48,989 nucleotides of DNA from a virus (IMGVR_UViG_2541047945_000011); one strand, 5' to 3'. Counted from the stretch's first letter, positions 9,773-20,491 are shown. Notes: generated from the sequence alone by a model not told the origin. Translations and numbers: made by a program.

Positions 9773-12342
9773 CCACCGCTCCCTGATAACATACCGCCAT
9801 CACGCAACTGCAGCCGGAGTTCATCCTGTGCCCCCTTGCGGGCCATCTCATACACCGCTTTCATCAGCTGCGGCCCTGCCCGCCCGTTGGGGCCGTCGTT
9901 CTGAATCACCACGTGATTGTTCTGATTAAAATTAATGCCTTCCGCCCGCCGCATCTGCGCCGGACTTCCGGCACCGCCGACATAACCACCTTCCGCATAG
10001 CCCCGCATCAGGCGGTACAGATTGCCGACACCAATCCGGCTGGTCGCCTCCTTCGTGAAGACAAACTCCCCGCGATGAACAATCCCCGCAGGTTCATATT
10101 TGCCGCCGGTTCCCGTAAATCCTCCGGTCGCAAAATGGAATTTCGCCGCAGCTGCCTGAATGGCTGTACCGCCTGACGCGGATGCGCCACCACCAACAGC
10201 CCCGCCAATGGCGCTGCCGATACTTCCGACAATCCCCACCATTGCCTGCTTCAGAAAAATCTCTGTCAGCATGGAGAGCACGGAACGGGTGAAACCACGC
10301 CAGTTCTGCTCACTGCCGGTCAGCATCGCCGCCATATTCTGTGCAATACCGTCAAAGGTCTGCGTGGCCGCGTTTTTAACCTGCGAAAAACTGTCCGTCG
10401 CACTTTCCGCCCACTCGCCCCAGCCGGACTTCATCCCGGCCATCCAGCTTCCACGAAGCTGCTCCTCCGCAGACCAGGTGTTCTTCAGTGCCGATGTGGC
10501 CTTCGCCAGCGCAGCCGGATTATCACCGTACACCTCACGAAGGCGCTGCTCTTCCGACTCCCGCTGCGCCTGACGGTCAGTGAGGCCGCGGGCTTTTGCG
10601 CTGATTGCCGCCTGCTTCGCGCTCTGCTGCTGCTCAAACCGCGCCGCCTGCTGTGCCAGCTCATTCAGCCGCTTCTGGTGTTCTATCTTGTCGCCCAGCT
10701 CAGCCAGCTGGCGTTTGTACTCCAGCGTTTCTTTCTCATGGGCCAGCAGGGATTTTTCCTGCTCAGATAACTGCCGTTTCGTGGCGGCCTCTTTCAGGAC
10801 CACATACTGATTTTCCGCTTCCCATAAATCCCGGCGCTGCTGGCTGATTTTCTCATTCACACCGCTGTGTTTTTCCAGCGTCCTGAGCTCGGTTTCAAGC
10901 GCCAGCATGGCTGCATGCGCCCGGTCTTCCTGGCGCTCACCGGCAGACACCTTCACACCTGACGGCTTTTTCAGCGTCGATTCATAATCCTTTTTTGCCG
11001 ACGCCATCAGCGTGTTGTAATCCGCCTGCAGGATTTTTCCGTCTTTCAGGGCCTTATTCAGCTCTTTCTGACGGGCGGTATATTTATCCAGCGGCGTCTG
11101 CAGGCGCTCATACGCCTTCTGCGCCTCTCCGGTATACTTCAGCTGTGACGCCTCACGCTCAGCCCGGTCCCTTGCCGCCAGTTCACCGGCTTTTTCCATA
11201 TCCGACTGCAGCGTGGCCGCTGCCAGACCCAGACGGGCATTTTCCCGGTCATCCCATGCCCCCTGAAGGTTCGCACGAAAAGAGGAGGTCTTTCCCCGGC
11301 GCTGGCTCCGGCTCTGGTACCACTGCCATTTTTTATCCGCCTCATCAAATGCCTTCTGCGCACTGGCGAGCATATCCGCTGAGGATTCAGGACGACCGAT
11401 ATCCAGAATGGCATCCCACATCGATTTGAATGCCTTCCCTGTTTTATCCGCCCAGGTCTCCAGTGTTCCCATGTTTTCTTTCAGGCGACGGGTCTGCTCA
11501 TCAAAGCCTTTCGTGGCGATATCGTTCGCCGCCTGCAATGCCCCGGCCTCGTCTCCGGAACGCTGCAGCTGTGCAACATACGCAATCTGCTCTGCCGTCA
11601 CGTTACGGAACTGGCGCGCCATCGCCATCAGTCCCGACGTCGGGTCAGTGGTCAGCTTCCCGAAGGCTTCAGCGACTTTATCCACCTCCACACCGGATGC
11701 AGACGCAAAACGCGCGACACTCTGGTTGATGGCATCAAACTGTTCACCACCACGCACACCGGCATTCACCAGGGCTGCCAGTGACTCTCTCGCCTGGTTA
11801 AACGTCAGCCCTGCTGCCTGCCCGGCTCTTGAGAGAGTCAGCATACGATCGGCAGTCAGTCCGGACTGATTACCGGAAAGAACCAGGGTTTTATTAAACG
11901 CTGAAAGCGTGGAATCTCCCTGGTACCAGGCGTACACCAGCGCACCTGTCGCCACCGCCAGCGAGGTGACCCCGACCATCGGCAGGGTGATCGCACCGGC
12001 AAGCCCCCTGAACATGGGGATCATCCCGCCGAAGGAGTCCTTCACCTGACCGCCCTGTTGCAGCAGGATGAGCCAGGGATTCTGACCACCGGCAAGCTGC
12101 GTGGCGATATCCGTAAACTGTGCGGGCAGGGTTCGCATGGCCGCTTTATACTGCCCGACGGAAATCCCGGCTTTTTGTGCAGCCAGCGCCTGGCGGCTCA
12201 GGCCCTGTTCAACAGCACTGGCGGTTTTTCTGGCGTCGGTATCCAGACCTGAAAAATGACGCCTTACCCGGCTCATCTGCTCATCGAAACGGACAGCATC
12301 CAGACTAAGGTCAATAACAAGATCACCAACCGGCTGGGACAT
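9769..12342 (-). CDS. H: Tail tape measure protein H
   Basis: 857 aa; MSQPVGDLVIDLSLDAVRFDEQMSRVRRHFSG matches the lambda H N-terminus; helical, Ala/Gln-rich body. Confidence 0.9.
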   Translation of the reverse strand: MSQPVGDLVIDLSLDAVRFDEQMSRVRRHFSGLDTDARKTASAVEQGLSRQALAAQKAGISVGQYKAAMRTLPAQFTDIATQLAGGQNPWLILLQQGGQVKDSFGGMIPMFRGLAGAITLPMVGVTSLAVATGALVYAWYQGDSTLSAFNKTLVLSGNQSGLTADRMLTLSRAGQAAGLTFNQARESLAALVNAGVRGGEQFDAINQSVARFASASGVEVDKVAEAFGKLTTDPTSGLMAMARQFRNVTAEQIAYVAQLQRSGDEAGALQAANDIATKGFDEQTRRLKENMGTLETWADKTGKAFKSMWDAILDIGRPESSADMLASAQKAFDEADKKWQWYQSRSQRRGKTSSFRANLQGAWDDRENARLGLAAATLQSDMEKAGELAARDRAEREASQLKYTGEAQKAYERLQTPLDKYTARQKELNKALKDGKILQADYNTLMASAKKDYESTLKKPSGVKVSAGERQEDRAHAAMLALETELRTLEKHSGVNEKISQQRRDLWEAENQYVVLKEAATKRQLSEQEKSLLAHEKETLEYKRQLAELGDKIEHQKRLNELAQQAARFEQQQSAKQAAISAKARGLTDRQAQRESEEQRLREVYGDNPAALAKATSALKNTWSAEEQLRGSWMAGMKSGWGEWAESATDSFSQVKNAATQTFDGIAQNMAAMLTGSEQNWRGFTRSVLSMLTEIFLKQAMVGIVGSIGSAIGGAVGGGASASGGTAIQAAAAKFHFATGGFTGTGGKYEPAGIVHRGEFVFTKEATSRIGVGNLYRLMRGYAEGGYVGGAGSPAQMRRAEGINFNQNNHVVIQNDGPNGRAGPQLMKAVYEMARKGAQDELRLQLRDGGMLSGSGG

Positions 12343-12790
12343 ATCTCACACCTCCCGGAATCCCCGCTGAAGCCATCATTAATGCGGCATCATCCACCAT
12401 GACATCCGCCACATCCGCAGACGATAAAATATCGCGCCCTCCGTCCCCACCGAACCGGACGCCTCCGGCAAGTCCTGCCGCTTTCTGCATCAGCATTTTG
12501 TCCTCATCCGGCCTCTCCACCTGCTCTTCCTCATGCCGGGGGACAAGCAGACTGAAATCAGAGGGATGCATATCCGGATCGCAAAAAAACAGGCTGAGTA
12601 CAGCGTACGTCAGCCCGGAAAAATGCATATCCAGCTGGGTATCCTGAAAATAATGCGTGCGGTAAAAACGGTGCCAGTCGGCATATTCGGTGGATGTCAT
12701 CCCGGCAAGCATGGCGCGCCAGTCGGGTCTCCCCATCTCACGCGCCAGTCTGAGGGCAAAGTTCAGCTCGCCGTCGAAGACTTTCCCGCA
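12323..12790 (-). CDS. T: Tail assembly protein T segment, expressed as a G-T fusion by -1 programmed frameshift
   Basis: The -1 frame is open from the slippery site through MGRPDWRAMLAGMTS... to 12323; lambda arrangement. Confidence 0.7.
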   Translation of the reverse strand, partial: CGKVFDGELNFALRLAREMGRPDWRAMLAGMTSTEYADWHRFYRTHYFQDTQLDMHFSGLTYAVLSLFFCDPDMHPSDFSLLVPRHEEEQVERPDEDKMLMQKAAGLAGGVRFGGDGGRDILSSADVADVMVDDAALMMASAGIPGGVRYVPAGW

Positions 12791-13194
12791 GAAAAATCAT
12801 CATCAGTCAGCGTGTTATTTTTCGCCACTTCAGTAATATCAGTATCCGGACGAACAGCTTCGATCATCCCGGACAGGCACAACACCACGTCTTCCGCCCG
12901 GGCAATGGCATCTGCAGGCCAGGTGGTGAGCACTTCCTGCTCTATCTTCATCACGGCCTCATTCATTGACGGTGACTGCGTTTTCTGTGGATGGTTATGC
13001 CACAGGGACATCGCCACCAGAAACGCGCCGGTTCTGACAAGATCTTCCACACTCACCTGCAGGTTGCCGCTGGCTTCAGCCTCTTCTGCCCGCCGTTTCA
13101 GGAGGGCAAGATGCTCAATACGCTGCAGCGCAGACAGCTCAGAAAGCGTGACGGATACACCGTTATATTCAAATTGTTCTGTTTTCAGGAACAT
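12763..13194 (-). CDS. G: Tail assembly chaperone G
   Basis: MFLKTEQFEYNGVSVTLSELSALQRIEHLALLKRRAE...FLVAMSLWHNHPQKTQ matches lambda G. Confidence 0.9.
   Translation of the reverse strand: MFLKTEQFEYNGVSVTLSELSALQRIEHLALLKRRAEEAEASGNLQVSVEDLVRTGAFLVAMSLWHNHPQKTQSPSMNEAVMKIEQEVLTTWPADAIARAEDVVLCLSGMIEAVRPDTDITEVAKNNTLTDDDFSAGKSSTAS
12781..12787 (-). promoter_or_regulatory. G GGA AAG slippery heptamer for the G to G-T -1 ribosomal frameshift
   Basis: Plus-strand CTTTCCC, i.e. minus-strand GGGAAAG, within codons Ala-Gly-Lys-Ser near the end of G. Confidence 0.75.
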
Positions 13195-13212
13195 CGCTTA
13201 TCTCTCAGCTCT

Positions 13213-13959
13213 TTAGCCACCCGGCACATTATTAACGGTAATTTCAGCCACCGCAGCAAACTGACCATTACCGGAAATCACAGGGATGCTGACTTTTCCA
13301 TCCTTAACCCCCGTCACAGTAATCGTCATATCTTTCACGCTAATGGTGGCTTTTGATGGATCGGCGGAAATCGCCCTGAATGTCTTATCCGTTGCATTTT
13401 CCGGTTCCACAGTAACGGTCAGGGTGGTTGTTTTCCCTTTTTCAACCGTACCTGTCGGCGTTACCTTAATCGCAGTGACCGGCGTAATTTTGCTGCGTTC
13501 TTCCGCTACAGAAGGTTTACCCACGTTAGTGACTTTCACCGTGCGGGTGATCACTTCTTTCGCCGTCACGGCCTTACCGATACTGCTGACCCAGCCACGA
13601 AACACATCCACCGTGCCATTCGGAAAACGGATTTTATAGGCCCGGACATCGCCGCTTTCAAACCAGCCTATAAGCCCTTTCTGGCCTTCCTCTCCCGGTT
13701 TCCAGGCCAGCGTAAAACTGGTATCACCTGCAGATTTCTGTCCCTGCCCGGTCGCGGTCCAGTCCGCGTCTTCATCATCCAGGTAGTTATCATCGTAGGG
13801 TTCAGCCGTCATCTCGCCCGGCGTCAGATCCTTCACCTTAGCCAGTCGCTGCCAGCCATCGTCTGACAACGGGTTTGCGTAAGCATCAGCCTTGCCGTTG
13901 TAAACCCACAGAGTGGTACCGGCACCTTTTACCGGCTCAAGGGGATTTGGTGTTGCCAT
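13213..13959 (-). CDS. V: Major tail protein V
   Basis: 248 aa; [10 protein letters not shown]...[25 protein letters not shown]...[41 protein letters not shown] matches lambda V; C-terminal Ig-like domain. Confidence 0.95.
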   Translation of the reverse strand: MATPNPLEPVKGAGTTLWVYNGKADAYANPLSDDGWQRLAKVKDLTPGEMTAEPYDDNYLDDEDADWTATGQGQKSAGDTSFTLAWKPGEEGQKGLIGWFESGDVRAYKIRFPNGTVDVFRGWVSSIGKAVTAKEVITRTVKVTNVGKPSVAEERSKITPVTAIKVTPTGTVEKGKTTTLTVTVEPENATDKTFRAISADPSKATISVKDMTITVTGVKDGKVSIPVISGNGQFAAVAEITVNNVPGG

Positions 13960-13966
13960 ATCGTCC

Positions 13967-14362
13967 TCACATCTCGTATGTAATGGAATAAGTCAGATCT
14001 GCAGAACTCCATAACGCCATATCGTCATCACGACGATACTCATAGCCCTGCGTAACCATCGTGGTAATCAGTCCTGCCAGTGCCGGGATCGCGGTCATCG
14101 CCGGGTAAATCCGGCTTTCCATCCACTGATCAAGCTCTGAATCCGGTACCTGTGCCGGTAAAAACACCTCAATATGCAGCGTGGCCCGCCAGGTATCTGC
14201 ATCCAGCTCTTCACCGGTATACTCTGCATCCGTCAGATAAACCGCGATCGCAGGAAAATCCTCTTCGTCAAAAACAACGGGGCGACCATCAAACAGCGTC
14301 GCCCCGTGTTCATGCTGCTCGAGTGCATCCAGCACTGCGGCACGAATGTCAGTGTGTTTCAT
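13967..14362 (-). CDS. U: Tail terminator protein U
   Basis: 131 aa; [28 protein letters not shown]...[17 protein letters not shown]...[14 protein letters not shown] matches lambda U. Confidence 0.95.
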   Translation of the reverse strand: MKHTDIRAAVLDALEQHEHGATLFDGRPVVFDEEDFPAIAVYLTDAEYTGEELDADTWRATLHIEVFLPAQVPDSELDQWMESRIYPAMTAIPALAGLITTMVTQGYEYRRDDDMALWSSADLTYSITYEM

Positions 14363-14934
14363 CGTTTTATCGCAATCCTCAGTTGTTGTTTCAGCGCGTA
14401 TGCCAGTTCTTTAGGCAGGCGTTCACGCCGGATACGGTCAACATTCTCATCAAATGCCTGTTTCAGTGGGGCCGCCATCGGGATTTTCACCACCTGAATG
14501 GGAAGGCGATTACGCTTTTTCCTTCCCTTGTCGTCATTGCCCTCCTCATATCTGGCCTGAGGAAGACGTTGCATAACATGCCAGCGCCCATTATTTAATC
14601 GCTGGATAAATGCCCGCTGATAACGATGCTGACCGGCTTTGAGTATGCTGTCCGGACGACGCCCCAGCATTCTGATCCCCAGCTTAATCACAGGGAGATC
14701 ACCGCGGTTAACGATAATTTTTGCATTCGGATTTCTGACCGTGGCCCGTTTCAGTCTGGACCGTTCCTTAACCAGTTTCCGGCGTACCTTTGTCTCCCGG
14801 GCAACCTGTGATGAAGACTGATTAATCGCCGTTGTGGCCACGCGGTTAATCGTCATTGCTGAAGCCGCCGGAATGGCGTTTTTACGAACCCGGCTCAGAT
14901 TATCAATCGCCTGATCAAGCCCTTTTATCGCCAT
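14359..14934 (-). CDS. Z: Tail completion protein Z
   Basis: 191 aa, lambda Z position and length. Confidence 0.9.
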   Translation of the reverse strand: MAIKGLDQAIDNLSRVRKNAIPAASAMTINRVATTAINQSSSQVARETKVRRKLVKERSRLKRATVRNPNAKIIVNRGDLPVIKLGIRMLGRRPDSILKAGQHRYQRAFIQRLNNGRWHVMQRLPQARYEEGNDDKGRKKRNRLPIQVVKIPMAAPLKQAFDENVDRIRRERLPKELAYALKQQLRIAIKR

Positions 14935-14949
14935 AATTTCACCCTGCGT

Positions 14950-15303
14950 TTATCGTCGCCGGTTAACAGCGGGTGGTTGCCCACGGTTGAGCCAGAGATA
15001 ACAGCTTCCCCCGTCATCCGGAGAAACACGATCCACCCAGAACATCTCGCCGTTAATGGTCAGCGTGTCACCACGCCGCACGGCACGCACCGTATCCGTC
15101 CGCACAAATAATGACGGGCTGCTTCCTTCAATACGGACCCCGCCACCGGCAAAACCCAGCGACTCCGGATCGTCAAAAACCCCCTGAACTTCGCCGCCAC
15201 GTTGTGCTCCGGAGGTGAACTGCGCACGGATCCCCATCACTTCAACGATCGTACTGTCCACCCCGGCGAGGGCAGCATCAAAGGCATTCTGAAAATCACG
15301 CAT
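14950..15303 (-). CDS. FII: Head-tail connector protein FII
   Basis: 117 aa; ...GVFDDPE...EGSSPSLFVRTD...RGDTLTI...FWVDRVSPDDGGSCYLWL...PPAVNRRR matches lambda FII. Confidence 0.95.
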   Translation of the reverse strand: MRDFQNAFDAALAGVDSTIVEVMGIRAQFTSGAQRGGEVQGVFDDPESLGFAGGGVRIEGSSPSLFVRTDTVRAVRRGDTLTINGEMFWVDRVSPDDGGSCYLWLNRGQPPAVNRRR

Positions 15304-15679
15304 ATTCAGCCGTTCCGTGCTGTATCATGGCCGTTGCCAGTGATGATGGCACCAGAACACGCATACCCCGGTACGTCAGTTCAACGGGACGGCCTGTCTC
15401 CGGGCAATACCCCATTACTTGCAGGCACTTCCGTACCCGGACGGCTTTAACATCATCCGGAGCATCCGTGTTGTTCAACTGCTCACCATCGTCTGTGTGA
15501 TTTTGATCAGCCCCGCTCTCATCAGAGTGCATAATGCCCTCCGGGGAAACAGCAAGCTCCTCTTCCCACTCAGACACACGTTGAGCAATATCCGCAGCAC
15601 TCCCCGACATATCCGCCTCGCGCCCCAGCAGGCCAGCCAGTTGACGAAGACGATTCAGATTTTCTTCTTTTGTTGCCAT
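15296..15679 (-). CDS. FI: DNA packaging protein FI
   Basis: ATG at 15679 preceded by AGGAGG; MATKEENLNRLRQLAGLL...; lambda FI position. The track's longer ORF start at 15727 was rejected. Confidence 0.8.
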   Translation of the reverse strand: MATKEENLNRLRQLAGLLGREADMSGSAADIAQRVSEWEEELAVSPEGIMHSDESGADQNHTDDGEQLNNTDAPDDVKAVRVRKCLQVMGYCPETGRPVELTYRGMRVLVPSSLATAMIQHGTAEYA

Positions 15680-15730
15680 CTCAGCCTCCTGTGAAAAAAG
15701 ACACGGGGGCATTTCGCCCCCGCTCACGGA

Positions 15731-16759
15731 TTATTTCACCTGTACCACCACAAACTCATCCGGATCCGGCAGCACCATCAGCGGTGCGGACTGCGTCATG
15801 GTGAATTCACGGGCCGGATCGCCCACGGTCAGCCAGTGTTTCGGGTAACGGGAAGAGGCCACCACACCTTCGGACAACGCCTGCGCATCCTGAATGGCAC
15901 CATAGCAACGAATGCCCTCTGCTGCCGTATTCCCCAGGACCAGTGTGCCCTCCGGCAGATAACGTTTTTCGGTACCGTCTTCTGCCACATAAGACGTTTT
16001 CGCCACCACAATGGCCAGATCGCCGTAATACCCCTTGAAGGACACCACCGCCCCCAGGTCTTTCACTGCCGTTTCGAGTTGTGAATTTGAGCCGCGACGG
16101 GTATCCAGTTTTTCGCGGAACAGCTTAAAGCCATTCAGCAGACGCCAGACCGTACCGTCCATAATGGCGATATTCACAAGGCCGCTGGCCTGATCGCAGT
16201 AGAGGTCAATATCATGCGTCGGATCAAACGTATCACGGTCCTGCTCAGACCATTTTTTACCGTCAGCCTGCTCAATGTTATTTCCTTCAGAGCGCCCGAA
16301 ATCCACCTCGACAGTATCAAACTGATCCCCTTCCATGGTGTATTTGCCATACAGCACGGCATTCACCGCCTGCATTTCTTCCACCTGGACAATGGCGTGC
16401 TCTTCCTGTTTGAGGTTATCGGTAATGATACGCAGACGACGGTAGGCCGGGTCGTTCAGCTGAGCCGGATCTTCACCAGGAAGGCGCTCAACCGCCTGCT
16501 GGTAATTAAATTCGTGTTTGGGCTTGACGTAGCCCGGACGTAACACGCGGGTTTCACCACCGCGATGGCGAAGCACTTTTCCTTCAACGATCGGGGAGAC
16601 ATAGGCCGCCACCGGCGTTTTTCCGGTAATTTTGTCCAGCATCACCTCTTCGGTGTGGAAATTCACCGTACGGCGGAAAAACAGCTCCAGAAACAGCGCA
16701 CGGAATTTAACTTTTTGTTCGGTATAACCGAGTAACTGGCGGGTCGTAAACAATCCCAT
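15731..16759 (-). CDS. E: Major capsid protein E
   Basis: 342 aa; YVSPIV...GYVKPKHE...DPAYRR...VEEMQAV...KEKLDTRRGSNS.LETAVKDLG...RYPK.W.T.GDPAREFTM.QSAPLM matches lambda E. Confidence 0.95.
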   Translation of the reverse strand: MGLFTTRQLLGYTEQKVKFRALFLELFFRRTVNFHTEEVMLDKITGKTPVAAYVSPIVEGKVLRHRGGETRVLRPGYVKPKHEFNYQQAVERLPGEDPAQLNDPAYRRLRIITDNLKQEEHAIVQVEEMQAVNAVLYGKYTMEGDQFDTVEVDFGRSEGNNIEQADGKKWSEQDRDTFDPTHDIDLYCDQASGLVNIAIMDGTVWRLLNGFKLFREKLDTRRGSNSQLETAVKDLGAVVSFKGYYGDLAIVVAKTSYVAEDGTEKRYLPEGTLVLGNTAAEGIRCYGAIQDAQALSEGVVASSRYPKHWLTVGDPAREFTMTQSAPLMVLPDPDEFVVVQVK

Positions 16760-16816
16760 AAATCAGTTCCTTTCATTAAGAAATCAGTCAGGCCAACGCG
16801 GTGGCCTGATAACGTG

Positions 16817-17164
16817 TTACGGCAGCGCCGCGTGACTCAGGGCACTGCCGGTAAAGGCGTTGGCCTTTTTGTGTTCATCCACACTTTCAGGCCAGCGGAT
16901 TGCCTCCGTCGCAAAGGTCCCCGACTTGTAATAGGTCAGCACCTCCTCTGTGCCTTCAAGCGGCAGTACCAGTATGCCAACCGCACTACCGGCTTTCTGT
17001 CCGTCCCAGACCACCAGTTTCCCGGTGGCCCCATCCAGCATCAGGGGTGTCAGTGCCGGTGTTGCCGAGGAAATCCCGCTGCTGCCTGTGGCGGTGTGAG
17101 CCGGATCATTACCGGCAAAAATACGTACTTCCGCACGCTGTTCAGTGATGGTTTTCGTCACCAT
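16817..17164 (-). CDS. D: Head decoration protein D
   Basis: 115 aa; ...NDPAHTAT...TPLMLD...KLV.WDG...AVGIL...YKSGTF matches lambda D. Confidence 0.9.
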   Translation of the reverse strand: MVTKTITEQRAEVRIFAGNDPAHTATGSSGISSATPALTPLMLDGATGKLVVWDGQKAGSAVGILVLPLEGTEEVLTYYKSGTFATEAIRWPESVDEHKKANAFTGSALSHAALP

Positions 17165-17200
17165 ATTGTTAAAACCTCGTATTGATGTTCAGCACTGACT

Positions 17201-18706
17201 TCATGGCATGGCCATGAGCATTTTCACGTCCGCATCACCGTCTTCTGACGCCTGTGACACGCCCCCCTGGACCGCAGCCGGTGAATGGTTCGCCATGAAA
17301 TGTTCAAACAGGGCGGTTGTGGATGCAGAGACCGGTTCTGCCTTACCTGATCCCGCAGCCAGCACAGCCCGGGCGCTCTCCACAGTCATTCCCGGGCAGG
17401 CAGCCAGCTGTTCAGCCTGCGCCTCAGCCCCTTTTGCCTCATCCAGTGCCATGATCTGATCACGGAGTGATGGTCCGGCATTCGCCTGCGGTGAAGCAGC
17501 CAGGATCGGGCGGGCTTTTTCCACCGTCATCTCCGGCATCGCCGCCAGCGTTGCCGCCAGTTGTTCACGACCGTTCGCTTCTTCACACGCCATAATGCGA
17601 TCGGCTTCACTCTGTGCGGATGCCACCGGCTGCTGCGGTGCCGCCGCGGCCAGAATCGCCCGGGCCTGTTCAACGCTCATGCCCTGTTGCCCTGCCAGCA
17701 TCGTGGCAAGCTGTTCACGTCCTTTCGCTTCCTGGCATGTCAGGATCCCCATCACTCGCTGGTTCTCCTGCACGGCGGCTTCCGTTGCAGTTAATTGCGG
17801 CATAGTGCCTCCTCTGACATTACTGTTCAGCGCCGTGGCCATCACACTGATGGCATCCGACGCATTGATTAATTCATCCGCCAGCCCGGCCTCAATGCCG
17901 GACTGACCTTCAAAAACGGCAGCCTCTGTTCCCGTGACCGCATCAACAGACAGACCGGTATACATCGCCACTTTTTCGGCAAACATCCGGCGCGCCGCAT
18001 CAATCCGCTGCTGCATGTCCTGGCGAACCTCTGCCGGCAACGCTTCAAACTGATTGCCATCCACCTTGTGCGCTCCTGAGTAAATCAGCGTGATATCCAC
18101 ACCGGCCTGCGCCAGATGACCGGCATAGCTGACATGGCTCATCATCACGCCAATGGAGCCGATACGGGATGTCTGGGTAACCAGCCGTCGGGAGCAGGCC
18201 GACGCCAGCAGCATGGCTGCAGAACAGGCCGTGTCATTACACAGTGCCCAGACCGGCTTCTGCTGCCGGAGGCGGTAAATCATGTCAGCGCAGTCAAACG
18301 CGCCGGCGGCCTGCCCGCCCGGACTGTCAATGTCCAGCAGTATGCCCCGCACCTGGCTATCTGCCATTGCCTGCTGAAGACAGGCGACAATGCCGTCATA
18401 GCCAGTCATTCCGGAAAATGGCCGCATCCCCCCCAGCCGGTGCACCAGCGTGCCGGTCACCGGCAGTACCGCAATACCGTTCACCACCCGGTAAACACGG
18501 GCCGGTCGTTTACCTCCGGCCATGTACTCGTCCGTTTCAGCCAGCATCCCGGGAGCATCAAGCTGTACCTGCTGTTGCGGTACCGAAAGACTTGCTGCCC
18601 CCATCTCGCGCCCGAGCGCGCAAAAGAAAACCCGCGCATAGGCGGGCTCCAGAAGCAGCGGTTCATTGAATGCTGCGGCAATAATGTGTGAAAGATTACG
18701 TCTCAC
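17201..18706 (-). CDS. C: Capsid assembly protease C (S49/ClpP-like) with nested scaffold (Nu3-like) C-terminal region
   Basis: 501 aa; S49-like core followed by three tandem ~38-aa repeats (IMACEEANGREQLAATLAAMPEMTVEKARPILAA and two variants). Confidence 0.85.
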   Translation of the reverse strand: MRRNLSHIIAAAFNEPLLLEPAYARVFFCALGREMGAASLSVPQQQVQLDAPGMLAETDEYMAGGKRPARVYRVVNGIAVLPVTGTLVHRLGGMRPFSGMTGYDGIVACLQQAMADSQVRGILLDIDSPGGQAAGAFDCADMIYRLRQQKPVWALCNDTACSAAMLLASACSRRLVTQTSRIGSIGVMMSHVSYAGHLAQAGVDITLIYSGAHKVDGNQFEALPAEVRQDMQQRIDAARRMFAEKVAMYTGLSVDAVTGTEAAVFEGQSGIEAGLADELINASDAISVMATALNSNVRGGTMPQLTATEAAVQENQRVMGILTCQEAKGREQLATMLAGQQGMSVEQARAILAAAAPQQPVASAQSEADRIMACEEANGREQLAATLAAMPEMTVEKARPILAASPQANAGPSLRDQIMALDEAKGAEAQAEQLAACPGMTVESARAVLAAGSGKAEPVSASTTALFEHFMANHSPAAVQGGVSQASEDGDADVKMLMAMP

Positions 18707-20288
18707 GTGGTGTTGTCTCCTCTTCCGGCCTGCGACTCTCCGCTATCTGCTGCTGATACGCCTGCGCTATCCACACCGGACGTGAGAGTCCGGCTTTTTC
18801 CCGCTCTGCAGATTCCCTGACCTGCTGGCGGAAAATGTCCTGATAATCCTCGCCCATCAGCGCCAGCTCTTTCTCATACGTGCTCAGTCCGGCCTCAATG
18901 CGCATCACTGATTCCTGAACCTCCTTGAGCCCGTCAATGGCCATTCTTCCGGCTCCAATCCACTCAGCCCGTGACCAGGCTGATCGCGCCTGATAAAAAT
19001 CAAAACGCGCCCGTGGCGGACGAATAATCCCCCGAAGAAGTGCCTCTTCCAGCCAGCAGGAAAACATCTGCGTGGCCAGCCGGGACGCAATAAATTTTCG
19101 CCGCCCCATAAAATAGCGCCACGACTCATTGGCGGATGCGCGGGCACTTGAATAACTGACCTTCGAGTAATCACGGGACAACTGTTCGTAGGAAACGCCA
19201 AGACCGGCGGCGATATACCGCAGCAGCGCCTGTTCAAGCGCCGAAAATCCATTGTCTGAATCCTGCGCGGTCTGAAGTTTCAGATCATCACCGGGGAAAA
19301 GGTGCGGAATTTTGACACCGCCCAGCGTCACGCTATTCGTGTCATACCAGGTGGAGAACTTCTCCAGAATATTAATAAGCGGATTATCCTTCTGCCCCTG
19401 CGGCGCACCGGCGATATATTCAAAGGCCTTTTCGGTATCAAGTTCACTTTCAATCGTCGCTGCATACATCGCCTTCACTATGGCCGACTGAAGCTGTGTT
19501 GCCTGCAGGGAATCGAGCATCTTCAGCCGTTCCATTACGCTGTAAAACTGATTGGCCCCACGGGTCTGCCCGTCCTCCACCGGCTCGAAAATATGCAGCA
19601 TGGCCGGACGCCCGGTGGGAAGTTCACGCGGGATCCGTTCCCATCGTCCACTCCCGGAGCGAGGAAAATCATCCTCACAGATATGGTACGCAACGGCACG
19701 ACCATATCGATCGACCTCCACACCGGCCCGCAGAAAACGGTTCCCCATACCGTGTCCTGGCGTGTCCACCCGTTTCGGACTCACGGCTTTAAAACGCGTA
19801 CGAAACAGTTGCGTGCTCTCCGTATCCCAGACCGGCTGCACAAAGATTTCGCCGTTAAACGCATGAACGCCCACACCTTCACGGATAAATTCCGTGAACG
19901 TGCGTTTCCCTTCCATGTCGATCTCGCCAAACATCCCTTCGGCGTATTCCGACCAGGCCGCCTCCACCTCATCGACAAAACTTTTTGCCGCAGTCTCCCG
20001 CATCCCCAGCCAGCGCCAGTTCGGACGGTAGCTGATCAGAAACATATGCCCGACAATATGATCCTTATGCAGGGCCACCGCATTAGCCGCTATCCCGTTA
20101 TTGCGCACCAGATCATCTGCCCGGGCATTCCCCAGACGCAACGCAGGCAGCAGGGCTGCATCGGCACTCTGCGCCGGTGGCAACCACTCCGCCATTTGCC
20201 CGCCAAATCCTGCGCCGCCCCCGTTGTAGCTGAGACTCTCACGAAGCGGAACGCCGTTCACATCAATCAGGACAGGCGTTCGTTTCAT
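18696..20288 (-). CDS. B: Portal protein B
   Basis: 530 aa, lambda B length and position between W and C. Confidence 0.95.
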   Translation of the reverse strand: MKRTPVLIDVNGVPLRESLSYNGGGAGFGGQMAEWLPPAQSADAALLPALRLGNARADDLVRNNGIAANAVALHKDHIVGHMFLISYRPNWRWLGMRETAAKSFVDEVEAAWSEYAEGMFGEIDMEGKRTFTEFIREGVGVHAFNGEIFVQPVWDTESTQLFRTRFKAVSPKRVDTPGHGMGNRFLRAGVEVDRYGRAVAYHICEDDFPRSGSGRWERIPRELPTGRPAMLHIFEPVEDGQTRGANQFYSVMERLKMLDSLQATQLQSAIVKAMYAATIESELDTEKAFEYIAGAPQGQKDNPLINILEKFSTWYDTNSVTLGGVKIPHLFPGDDLKLQTAQDSDNGFSALEQALLRYIAAGLGVSYEQLSRDYSKVSYSSARASANESWRYFMGRRKFIASRLATQMFSCWLEEALLRGIIRPPRARFDFYQARSAWSRAEWIGAGRMAIDGLKEVQESVMRIEAGLSTYEKELALMGEDYQDIFRQQVRESAEREKAGLSRPVWIAQAYQQQIAESRRPEEETTPRET

Positions 20289-20491
20289 AACCTCACTCCC
20301 AGCGGACGACGGCGACGTCGGGTTGTCCCCAGTACCGACTCCGCATCATTGATCGCCCGGTTAAGCTCATCCAGAGAAGCCGCCGTATATTCAATTCTGC
20401 GACCATCTTTCTGGACAGACACCACCCGTTTACCGGTTAATAAATCAAGGCGCGCCTGACGCAGCGCCTGCAGTTCAGCGACTGTAACCAT
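20285..20491 (-). CDS. W: Head-tail joining protein W
   Basis: 68 aa; ...LLTGKRVVSVQKDGRRIEYTAASLDEL... matches lambda W. Confidence 0.9.
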   Translation of the reverse strand: MVTVAELQALRQARLDLLTGKRVVSVQKDGRRIEYTAASLDELNRAINDAESVLGTTRRRRRPLGVRL

